From contig JAHIVT010000091.1 of NCBI GenBank assembly GCA_018816555.1, positions 1,478 to 65,477 on the forward strand: a stretch of DNA of 64,000 bases, in the 5' to 3' direction. The first letter of the stretch is position 1. Each line of letters begins with the position of its first letter. The notes under the pieces are model-generated. The model saw nothing but the letters and a program-made list of their open reading frames with translations, was not told the DNA's origin and made no database searches. The translations under genes were made by a program, and so were the position numbers. The stretch is from Pseudomonadota bacterium. GTDB lineage: Bacteria; Desulfobacterota; Desulfobulbia; Desulfobulbales; SURF-16. Positions 33,206-40,431 of this stretch are shown one piece after another.

Positions 33206-33951
33206 GTATGCCCTTTTTCGGAACAGCGGTGGTCATGGCGCACCATGGCCAGATCGGTGCCGTAAATTTCCTGAATATTTTTTCCGTCAATTTCACTGGT
33301 TGGATGGATATGCACCATGCGGTTGACGCAAACCACGGAACCGACATATTTGGAAACGAAACCCACATCATGGGAAACGACGATTATAGTCAGTTTTTCG
33401 TTTAATTTTCTGAGCAGGTTATAAATATTCTGTTCGGCAAAACTGTCCACATTGGCTGTGGGCTCATCAAAGAAAAGCAGCTCCGCCGATGAGGCCAGGG
33501 CTCTGGCAATCAGGGTGCGCTGGCGCTGACCGCCGGACAGATCGGCAAAGGCTGTTTGGTGCTTGTGGTACAGATCAACATCCTTGAGAGCTTGTGCCGC
33601 AAACTCCCGGTCATCTTTGCTGAATGGCCCCCCCCATGATTTGCCGACCCGGCCCATCATAACCACATCGAGGACGGAAACAGGAAAAAGCGGATCAAAA
33701 AGTCGCTGCTGGGGAACATAGCCGATACGGTGCGAGGACTTTTCCGGTGACTTGCCTAAAACGGTTATCGAACCCTTGTCAGGTTTGAGGAGTCCGAGCA
33801 TGAGGCGCAGCAGGGTGGTTTTCCCGCCGCCGTTGGGGCCGACCACGCCGATCATCTCCCGTTCCTTGATGTTGAAGGAGACATCTTCCAGAACGGAAAG
33901 GCTGCCGAAGGAAAAACTCATATTTTGTACATCAATGACGGATTTTTTCAT
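33190..33951 (-). CDS. Metal ABC transporter ATP-binding protein
   Basis: Walker A GPNGGGKTT, signature LSGGQRQR, Walker B LLFFDEP and H-loop. Confidence 0.9.
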   Translation of the reverse strand: MKKSVIDVQNMSFSFGSLSVLEDVSFNIKEREMIGVVGPNGGGKTTLLRLMLGLLKPDKGSITVLGKSPEKSSHRIGYVPQQRLFDPLFPVSVLDVVMMGRVGKSWGGPFSKDDREFAAQALKDVDLYHKHQTAFADLSGGQRQRTLIARALASSAELLFFDEPTANVDSFAEQNIYNLLRKLNEKLTIIVVSHDVGFVSKYVGSVVCVNRMVHIHPTSEIDGKNIQEIYGTDLAMVRHDHRCSEKGHTWVNF

Positions 33952-34274
33952 AAGGAATCAATTTTAACCACAAAATTAGCCGGACACCAAGCAGTTTATC
34001 GTTGTTAAAGAGGCGGTGGTCTGATTTAATTATATTTATTCTGGAGAGAGTGATGGACGGTTGAAAAAGAGTCCATGCCACTCAATGCAGAAGTTATCCC
34101 TTTGAAGCGTCACCGATTTTTGGTGCCTGAAACATTTCAGGCATCATCAATAGTTGCCGGTCTCGCAAAAAACCGCTCGACCGCCGGACAGTGCATGATG
34201 CTCTTTGATTTATCGTCACGATAATCCGGCACCAGGACTTTATACGAATCAATCAATAATTCATCCAGGCAAAA

Positions 34275-35324
34275 ATGGCATCTGAAAAAAAAATAAAATT
34301 GACAGGCACGGTCAAGGCCGCTGGTTGAGCGGCCAAAATAAGTCCGGGGGACCTGGACCAGATACTGTGCGGGCTTGATCTGCCCACCGATCCTAATCTG
34401 ATCGTGGGCGCCGAAGGCTGTGACGATGCCGGTGTATACCGGTTGACGGATGAGTGCGCCCTGATTCAGACGGTTGATTTTTTTACGCCCATTGTCGATG
34501 ATCCGTACCGTTTTGGCCAGATTACCGCAGCCAATGCCTTAAGCGATGTCTATGCCATGGGCGGCAAACCGCTGCTGGCCATGAATATTGTCGCCTTTCC
34601 ACTGGGCGAGATGGATAAGTCCGTATTAAAGGATATTCTGCGGGGTGGCCTGGAAAAGATCAAGGAGGCCGGCGCCCTGCTGGTGGGCGGGCACAGTATT
34701 GAAGACAAAGAGCTTAAATATGGTCTTTCCGTCACCGGCGTGGTGCACCCGGACCGGGTCATGCTCAATTCCGGGGCACAACCGGGGGATAAACTCCTGC
34801 TCACCAAACCGCTGGGTACGGGAATTCTCTCCACCGCCATCAAGGGAGGGCTTGCCGGCGAGGAACTGGAAAAGGTCATCACGGAATGCATGATCACCTT
34901 GAACCGGGTTGCCGGCGATGCCATGGCTGAGGTGGGGGCGCATGGCTGCACCGACATTACCGGATTCGGCCTCATCGGGCATCTTTTTGAGATGGCCCAC
35001 GCCTCAAAGGTTTCCATCACTGTTGACACCGCTGCCGTGCCGCTGCTGCCGCAAACCCATGACTTTGCCTCCATGGGTATTATCCCGGAAGGGGCCTATA
35101 AGAATAAAAAGTTTTATGAGAAATGGGTCACCAATCATCTGGCCGAGCTTGATCCGCTGGAGATGATTCTCTATGACCCCCAGACTTCGGGCGGTCTGCT
35201 TATCGCCGCTTCCCCCGAGCAGATCGCCGCCATGGAAAAAAAGATCAGAGCCGCATCTTCTCTGCAGTGCGCCGTAATCGGTACGGTTCAGGAAGGGGAG
35301 GCGGGCACGATCATTCTGGTTTAG
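34275..35324 (+). CDS. selD: Selenide, water dikinase SelD, selenocysteine-containing (UGA at 34326-34328)
   Basis: The ORF track starts at an internal GTG (34404). Reading from ATG 34275 in the same frame gives MASEKKIKLTGTVKAAG-U-AAKISPGDLDQIL..., the conserved SelD N-terminal glycine-rich loop. TGA sits at the position of the catalytic Cys/Sec. The extended length of 349 codons is typical for SelD. Confidence 0.88.
34326..34328 (+). other. In-frame UGA recoding site (selenocysteine) in selD
   Basis: TGA lies in frame between a homologous N-terminal leader and the rest of SelD. A short GC hairpin (GTCC-GGG-GGAC, 34342-34352) lies 14 nt downstream as a possible weak SECIS core. Confidence 0.8.
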
Positions 35325-35348
35325 TTTGTGGACACCTTTATCACTCAA

Positions 35349-35711
35349 TCACGACCCCTTTGTTTCCGCCCAGCGTCTAATCTCCTTTACTATCCGCTCA
35401 GGATCAGGAGCGTTGCTCAGCATTATTTTTTTGAATAATTCGTAGTACCTGATTTGAATAAAATCAAATTGGCAGCCAATCCCGTCAGCATTAGAATGAA
35501 TGACCCTGCAGGTAAATTCAACCTGCCCCAACAGTGTAAGACTAATATATTCATCAGGCAGCACTAGCGGTATATGATCAAGCTTGATAAAAGCGCCCGC
35601 AAAACTTAAATTCAGTGTATGACCTCCCAGCACCAATTCACGACGAGGTAGCTCTAATTTCACCTTAAAATTCAGAGGAAGTCGAAGATGTTTTCTACAC
35701 TCTTTTCTCAT
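35349..35711 (-). CDS. PilZ domain protein
   Basis: 120 aa with RxxxR (RKHLR) and (D/N)xSxxG (NLSFAG) c-di-GMP-binding motifs at the expected spacing. AT-rich. Confidence 0.75.
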   Translation of the reverse strand: MRKECRKHLRLPLNFKVKLELPRRELVLGGHTLNLSFAGAFIKLDHIPLVLPDEYISLTLLGQVEFTCRVIHSNADGIGCQFDFIQIRYYELFKKIMLSNAPDPERIVKEIRRWAETKGS

Positions 35712-35799
35712 AATTTATTACTATACAATTTAGGGAGATAGTTTGTTACGTACAGTAGTAATATAACGTTTTGAACTGTTTGGAATATTCAGATATTTG

Positions 35800-35823
35800 A
35801 TGTGGCAATCTCAAGGGCTGAAC
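35800..35823. repeat. 24-nt perfect direct repeat, copy 1 (ATGTGGCAATCTCAAGGGCTGAAC)
   Basis: Identical to 39519-39542. Homology extends leftward (56 of 76 positions by hand count) and stops abruptly at ...GAAC. Confidence 0.9.
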
Positions 35824-35903
35824 GTCTTGGTCGGTGGCGCGCCTGGTGCTTGCCCGCCTAGGCCACCCGACCTCTTCGCGTCCACTGTACTAAATTGTTA
35901 GCC
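35817..35903 (-). repeat. attC-like imperfect palindrome downstream of the cyclase-like gene
   Basis: On the gene strand: GGCTAAC ... GTCGGGTGGC-loop-GCCACCGAC ... GTTCAGC. The stem has one bulged base. The spacing of the left core is asymmetric. Confidence 0.4.
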
Positions 35904-35912
35904 GATTATTTA

Positions 35913-36938
35913 TTATTTCCCGAAAAAGTGCGGCAAATCCATATCCAACTTAAACCTTAGTGATAAAAAAGGATAATCAGTAATTTTTGACTTTTTATTC
36001 ACATCTTCAAGTAATGGCGTTGAAGAGTTCAATGAATTAAGTACCTGTTTTTCAAGTTCGTCGTTCTCTGAGTGTTTAAAATTTTCATACTCCTGAAATA
36101 ATTGAAGGTTTGATAAAACAGAGGTGTTTAGTCGTCTGAATGTGTGACGTTTTTTCATAATGTCCATTTCTATGGAGGAAGAAACAGACCAAGTGCTGCG
36201 AGGAGGTATAGTCTCTTTGTGTCGGTATTCGTATGGCGTTACAAGTGACGACTTAGTATTAACGAATTTAGAAAACCCTAAGATCGCATAGGCTGGCTGG
36301 CAGTATGAAATGGCCACGGCAATATCATCTTCGACATAAAGGTGATTTCCTTTTATTCCAGCTGAACTCCCTTTTGTTTCAGCTTCGTATGCAGTTGAAA
36401 TCGAAAAGTTTGCAGAAAAAAAATCGTCTTTTCCTTTTCTTGTATTAAAGCATTTTCGTAATCCTGATGCGACAACAGTGCGACACCCTGGGAAGCTTTT
36501 CTCAAACTCACATGCATTAATGTATTTATGTATTCTTGCAACAAGTCCAAGGAACTTAGCTACATTACCACCAGCGTCAGCTACAGTTCCAGAAGGGTCA
36601 GACTTCCCATCCTGTTTAGATATTTCTCGCAATTGCTCAATTGAAAAACCACCACTTAAACGAGTTTGCCCTATTGGGGGGGCAAGATTCTCAATATCGA
36701 TTCCAAGAAAAAGTGCATCATTAAAACGGAAGTATTCAAGCCCGTTCGGGTATAGTTGAGGGTACTCGTTTTTTTCATTCTCAAATAGCTGAATGGCTTT
36801 CTCCAAAGAGTTAAGCCTTTCTATTGCTTGGCCGCCAGTTTCCGTTCTTATGTCACAATTTGCAACCATAATATGGTTTGAGAACCCAAGGAGATCTATC
36901 TGAGCTGCGCAAGACCATCGTACATCTGGATTAATCAC
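35913..36938 (-). CDS. Orphan protein with nucleotidyl-cyclase/GGDEF-like palm motifs and a ~120-aa C-terminal extension
   Basis: 341 aa. The ordered motifs AAQIDLLGFSN (first metal Asp), FRFNDALFLGI (second Asp), helix AKFLGLVARIHKYI, CRTVVASGL and FFSANFSISTAYEAE mimic the class III cyclase / GGDEF / mCpol fold. Assigned by eye only. Confidence 0.5.
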   Translation of the reverse strand: MINPDVRWSCAAQIDLLGFSNHIMVANCDIRTETGGQAIERLNSLEKAIQLFENEKNEYPQLYPNGLEYFRFNDALFLGIDIENLAPPIGQTRLSGGFSIEQLREISKQDGKSDPSGTVADAGGNVAKFLGLVARIHKYINACEFEKSFPGCRTVVASGLRKCFNTRKGKDDFFSANFSISTAYEAETKGSSAGIKGNHLYVEDDIAVAISYCQPAYAILGFSKFVNTKSSLVTPYEYRHKETIPPRSTWSVSSSIEMDIMKKRHTFRRLNTSVLSNLQLFQEYENFKHSENDELEKQVLNSLNSSTPLLEDVNKKSKITDYPFLSLRFKLDMDLPHFFGK

Positions 36939-36951
36939 TTTTTTTCTCCTA

Positions 36952-37050
36952 GGCTAACATGAAAATCAGCAGTTTATCCGGTGCATTTTCTGGTTGAAGT
37001 TTAGTATCTTGGCCCTGGGATTCCTCTTCCGTCTTCCGTCGCAGTTATTT
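36952..37050 (-). repeat. attC-like element between the Mrr-nuclease gene and the cyclase-like gene
   Basis: On the gene strand: AAATAAC (overlapping the TAA stop) ... CTTCAAC-CAGAAAATG-loop-ATTTTCAT-GTTAGCC. The terminal GTTAGCC is the exact complement of GGCTAAC at the far end of the next gene. Confidence 0.4.
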
Positions 37051-37932
37051 ACTTGAAATTGCATTAAAATAATCAAGTATAGAGTTGTGGTGTATTAATT
37101 CGACGCCGTTCGCCAACGCCAGATCACAGGCCGACCTCGTAAAAGACGAATTTGATATAACAACAGCATAATCGGTTTTGTAATACCCTCTTGCTGCAAT
37201 GATTTCTTGCACTGCTTTGTTGCCAACAGGGGTATTGTAATATTTTGTTTGTATGGCGACCGACACACCATCATTGCGTGTAGCCATGACATCAAGCCCT
37301 TGGTCTCCACTTGCTTTAGATACTTCAGCGTTCCATCCATTGGCGTAATCATTTATAGTTTTTGCCACAGCATGTTCATATTCAACTCCATTGTTTACTA
37401 ACTCAAATGAAAATGCATCTGTATTATCATTCTTAATGCGTTGGGTTAGTTCGTTATCTATGGAGTTAAACAATAAAGGGAATATGCCTTGATCGTAAAA
37501 TATCTGGCTGTTGTACATACGCCAAAAATCATCTTTATCTTTCTCGCTAACATGCGTGATACGCCATAGGGAATGTTTTAATTTTTCGTTTAACAACGGA
37601 ACTGCTATATTTGTAACAACTTTCGACAAATTGTTATTAAACTTGTCTCTGTTTTCAATCCCGTATCCATCCGTTTGGACGCCTATATGATAGTCTTTCT
37701 TTAATTGAGCATAGTGCCTATCTATTGTCATGGTGGCTATGGCCATGATGTAATTTGATATAAAAATATTATCCCATTTTAGATTTTCTTTATCGTTAAC
37801 GATTCTGTTGACTCCTTCATCGATTACTGCATGTTCAATTGATCCTTCAAAATCGTTTGAATATATGTTAGCAAGCTCAGCCAACAATTCTTGCCGATTG
37901 TTTTTTTTGTTGCCAAAGAATGAAAAGACCAT
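37045..37932 (-). CDS. Protein with unknown N-terminal domain fused to an Mrr-type (PD-(D/E)xK) restriction endonuclease domain
   Basis: 295 aa. The C-terminal ~115 aa match the Mrr_cat pattern (GVEYEHAVA...GDQGLDV...VAIQTKYY...VQEI....GYY..DYAVVISNSSFT..A..LA..NGVELI). The N-terminal ~180 aa have no recognised motif. Confidence 0.7.
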   Translation of the reverse strand: MVFSFFGNKKNNRQELLAELANIYSNDFEGSIEHAVIDEGVNRIVNDKENLKWDNIFISNYIMAIATMTIDRHYAQLKKDYHIGVQTDGYGIENRDKFNNNLSKVVTNIAVPLLNEKLKHSLWRITHVSEKDKDDFWRMYNSQIFYDQGIFPLLFNSIDNELTQRIKNDNTDAFSFELVNNGVEYEHAVAKTINDYANGWNAEVSKASGDQGLDVMATRNDGVSVAIQTKYYNTPVGNKAVQEIIAARGYYKTDYAVVISNSSFTRSACDLALANGVELIHHNSILDYFNAISSK

Positions 37933-37968
37933 CTGTTTGATCCTCCGTATCTATAGACAGTGGGTGGC

Positions 37969-38026
37969 GAATAACGTGGCCTTCAGTAGCGAGCGAAGCG
38001 TGTCGGACTGAAAGGCATGGTTGGGC
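37969..38026 (-). repeat. attC-like 58-nt imperfect palindrome
   Basis: On the gene strand: GCCCAAC-CATG-CCTTTCAGT-loop-ACTGAAGG-CCAC-GTTATTC. The left core matches RYYYAAC exactly, and the stem has bulged bases. Confidence 0.5.
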
Positions 38027-38084
38027 GAAATTATTTTCATTCGTTGTCTTCTTTGCTTACCACATTATTGCCATGATCTTTATG

Positions 38085-38318
38085 TTAATCTTTGTCTTGC
38101 GAGTTCTTGCCAGGAAATAAATTTGGGAAATCAAGCACTATATAGATCAAGGCCGGAACTAAAAGAAATAACCACCCGAGCGTTCGTAACAAATTCGGGT
38201 ATTCCGGAGAGCTTTCTAATAATAGATAGTCAGGGGCGTATATCCTATCCAGTATACTCAATATTGCACCTATGATGGTTAAAGTAGCCGCGATTAATTT
38301 TAGATCCCTTTTGCTCAC
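38085..38318 (-). CDS. Small two-TM membrane protein (hypothetical)
   Basis: 77 aa with two hydrophobic helices (LIAATLTIIGAILSIL and LGWLFLLVPALIYIVL). Sits in the cassette-like context. Confidence 0.5.
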   Translation of the reverse strand: MSKRDLKLIAATLTIIGAILSILDRIYAPDYLLLESSPEYPNLLRTLGWLFLLVPALIYIVLDFPNLFPGKNSQDKD

Positions 38319-38343
38319 TGTAATTCTCTTATTTTAGTTCTTT

Positions 38344-38403
38344 GCGCCCAAATGCCTGACAGCGTCAGCACCCCCGCGCCCCTTACCGTCGCCTAAATTG
38401 ACT
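38344..38403 (-). repeat. GC-rich imperfect palindrome, weak attC-like
   Basis: On the plus strand: GCGC-CCAAA-TGCCTGAC-AGC-GTCAGCA-CCCCC-GCGC. The gene-strand TTTGGGC is complementary to the GCCCAA of the next downstream element. Confidence 0.3.
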
Positions 38404-38415
38404 TGATATGCATCC

Positions 38416-39126
38416 TCATTTAATTGGTGCTGTGCAAAATTCAATAAAACCTTTTCCTAAAGGAGAAACTCTGTTTCCAAGTAGGTGTAAACCTTGACCG
38501 GATGTCATTGTGTTGAAAATAGTTTTATCTGTGCTTATTAAGCCATAGCGGTACAGATCGCCAAAAGCTGATTCAATCACTTCTAACTTGATTCCAGGTA
38601 TAGCAATCGGGAAGAAGTCTGAAAATCCACCTCTAATTTTTTCTTGGGGAATGTTGTTTTCGTTAAGATAGTCACTGGGTTTTGCCATGAATTTCAACAT
38701 TCTTACATGTAGAACAGATAATGTATTGACTAAATTAAGAAAATATTGCTTTTCATCCTCCGACAGGTTCGAACCGATAGCAGAGTTGATTAAAATCCCT
38801 CGGAAAGCCTCAATTTTTTCTCTTTGATAATTATCAGCCACTCCTCTGAAGCAATTCTCAAATATGTATGCGAATTCATCAGTTTGAAGCTGCGTTTCGT
38901 TTACCTGATCTTGGAGTTTATCCAGGTCTTGAGCAATCTTTTCGGCGAACTGTTCAAGGCGTTGGAATTTTGAAGATGGTATATAATCGCTCATGAGCGA
39001 TGCAATTCCACCGCAGAACGGAGCCGTTGCTAACCCTGCTTTGATTATATTTACAAGGTGTTCAGTCGCACCCGATGCAGCAGCTTTTTTAATTTTCTGA
39101 ATCAGAGCATTCGTTTCTTCTGGCAT
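38416..39126 (-). CDS. Hypothetical protein (orphan, mainly helical)
   Basis: 236-aa ORF with plausible composition. N-terminal Gly/Ala-rich amphipathic segment (GLATAPFCGGIASLMS). No catalytic motif recognised. Confidence 0.6.
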   Translation of the reverse strand: MPEETNALIQKIKKAAASGATEHLVNIIKAGLATAPFCGGIASLMSDYIPSSKFQRLEQFAEKIAQDLDKLQDQVNETQLQTDEFAYIFENCFRGVADNYQREKIEAFRGILINSAIGSNLSEDEKQYFLNLVNTLSVLHVRMLKFMAKPSDYLNENNIPQEKIRGGFSDFFPIAIPGIKLEVIESAFGDLYRYGLISTDKTIFNTMTSGQGLHLLGNRVSPLGKGFIEFCTAPIK

Positions 39127-39179
39127 AGCATTTTCCTATTTCTATAATGCCTATCGAAATATGAGTTTTTACGGCGCGT

Positions 39180-39220
39180 AGCCAACGTAAAAAACCTGTT
39201 GGACTGAACCGCTGAAGCGG
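39180..39220 (-). repeat. Short core-like palindromes (AGCCAAC..GTTGGAC, CTGAAC, CCGC-TGAA-GCGG)
   Basis: On the gene strand: GTCCAAC (exact RYYYAAC) - 11 nt - GTTGGCT, preceded by GGTTCAG. This is too short for a canonical attC. Confidence 0.3.
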
Positions 39221-39518
39221 GCCTCATACCCTTATCATTAATATAGGAGTTTTTACTCAGATATTCCCTTGTTAACGAAAAGAAGTAGCACTTTTGAGAG
39301 GAGGTGACAAGCAGGAATAACTGCAAATGATCCGGTTTGTTTTTCTTCAGCTTTTTTGCTGTCTAAAATGTATCTTTTACGACCCACCTTAGTTGAGATT
39401 TGTCATGGCAAGGAATACGCCTGACAACATTACCGCAAGTTAACATAATTCCTGATTCTTCGAGGGACGAACAGTAGATCTAATAATCTGAGAATAGTTT
39501 GATTTTTTCAGATGTTCT

Positions 39519-39542
39519 ATGTGGCAATCTCAAGGGCTGAAC
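39519..39542. repeat. 24-nt perfect direct repeat, copy 2
   Basis: Identical to 35800-35823, lying 3719 bp away. Confidence 0.9.
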
Positions 39543-39588
39543 AAGCCGCATAAGCAGCGCTGCCAGGAAGCTTGTGCGGTTGTTGGGG
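39536..39588 (-). repeat. attC-like 53-nt imperfect palindrome
   Basis: On the gene strand: CCCCAAC-AACCGCACAAGC-14 nt loop-GCTTATGCGG(C)TT-GTTCAGC. A 15-bp stem with one extrahelical base and one G-U pair. Confidence 0.45.
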
Positions 39589-39620
39589 GGATTTTATAAT
39601 TTAATGGACATCCCTATCCT

Positions 39621-39650
39621 CCTGAATCCGTGATACCTCACGGATTCAGG
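39621..39650. other. Perfect 13-bp stem hairpin (CCTGAATCCGTGA-TACC-TCACGGATTCAGG)
   Basis: Seen directly. Lies 50 nt beyond the stop of the PEP-CTERM gene. No clear U-tract follows on the gene strand. Confidence 0.5.
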
Positions 39651-39699
39651 ATATTTTGATGAAGCTTTATTAATTCCTCATTGAAGCCAAGTCCAAATA

Positions 39700-40431
39700 T
39701 TATTTATTGGTTTTCATCATTTTTGATCTACGAACAGCAAACATACTTCCTAAGCCGGAAAAGAGTAGTACTACGCTAGCAGGTAGGGGAACCGGATTAA
39801 CTGCAACACCAAAAAGTCCTGCATTATTGCTGTATGGATCACCAATATCCGGGTGCTGGATACTAAAACGAAATGTTTGTGATGCATCACTCTGGATATT
39901 TAACTGCAAAAGGTAAAAAGTGGCATCATCTTCCCAATAGCTGATATTACCTGTAGTAGTACCATCGGCCAGGGTGGCTTGATAACTAGCATCTCCAACA
40001 TACCCTGCTGACATCCAAATTGTCATTTGTGTTAGACCTGCTGGCAGAAGAATATCGACTGCAGGTTTATCGTATTGGTAGCCGGAATGATCACCAGGAA
40101 AGGGGGCTGAAGAAGTTGGCAATGCACCGTCTACGTATGTGAAATATGGATAATTAGCTGTAAAAAAATCTATTGATGTTCCCCCAGGAACAGTGGAAAC
40201 AAGTGTTGTTGTATTACCGCTGCCGGTAGTGGATATCATATTTCCACCAGTTTTCTCATTAATACCTACTATAGCCCAGTCGAGTTGACCATATGAAGTA
40301 ACATCGAAACTTGAGCCATATGATATTTGATGCAATGTATACTGATTAATGGAACTCGCGCTAGATGTAGATGCTCCACACAAAACGGTTACTAATAAGA
40401 TCACAACCCATACTATTTTTTCCATTTTCAT
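39700..40431 (-). CDS. PEP-CTERM sorting-domain secreted protein
   Basis: Start reassigned to ATG 40431, preceded by AAGGAGG at 6-nt spacing. Has a signal peptide. The C-terminal VPLPASVVLLFSGLGSMFAVRRSK is a PEP-CTERM-type anchor. Confidence 0.8.
   Translation of the reverse strand: MKMEKIVWVVILLVTVLCGASTSSASSINQYTLHQISYGSSFDVTSYGQLDWAIVGINEKTGGNMISTTGSGNTTTLVSTVPGGTSIDFFTANYPYFTYVDGALPTSSAPFPGDHSGYQYDKPAVDILLPAGLTQMTIWMSAGYVGDASYQATLADGTTTGNISYWEDDATFYLLQLNIQSDASQTFRFSIQHPDIGDPYSNNAGLFGVAVNPVPLPASVVLLFSGLGSMFAVRRSKMMKTNK

Noticed and set aside
32459-33371. 244-aa plus-strand ORF and 203-aa alternative-frame minus-strand ORF
   Set aside because: Both overlap the ABC-3 permease and ATPase genes, which have clear family features. 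Their composition (His/Gly/Gln runs) is artefactual.
33952-34274. tRNA-Sec (selC) next to selD
   Set aside because: There is no cloverleaf, no CUUCAAA-type anticodon loop in a suitable stem, and no GGTTCGA T-arm on either strand.
35285-35291. GTTCAGG inside the selD 3' end as the inverse core of a PilZ cassette
   Set aside because: It is a single 6-7-mer inside a conserved coding region with no associated palindrome, so it is most likely chance.
39102-39326. 74-aa minus-strand ORF
   Set aside because: It overlaps the start of the 236-aa gene in another frame, has odd composition and no ribosome-binding site. The segment is better explained as an ORF-less spacer or cassette.
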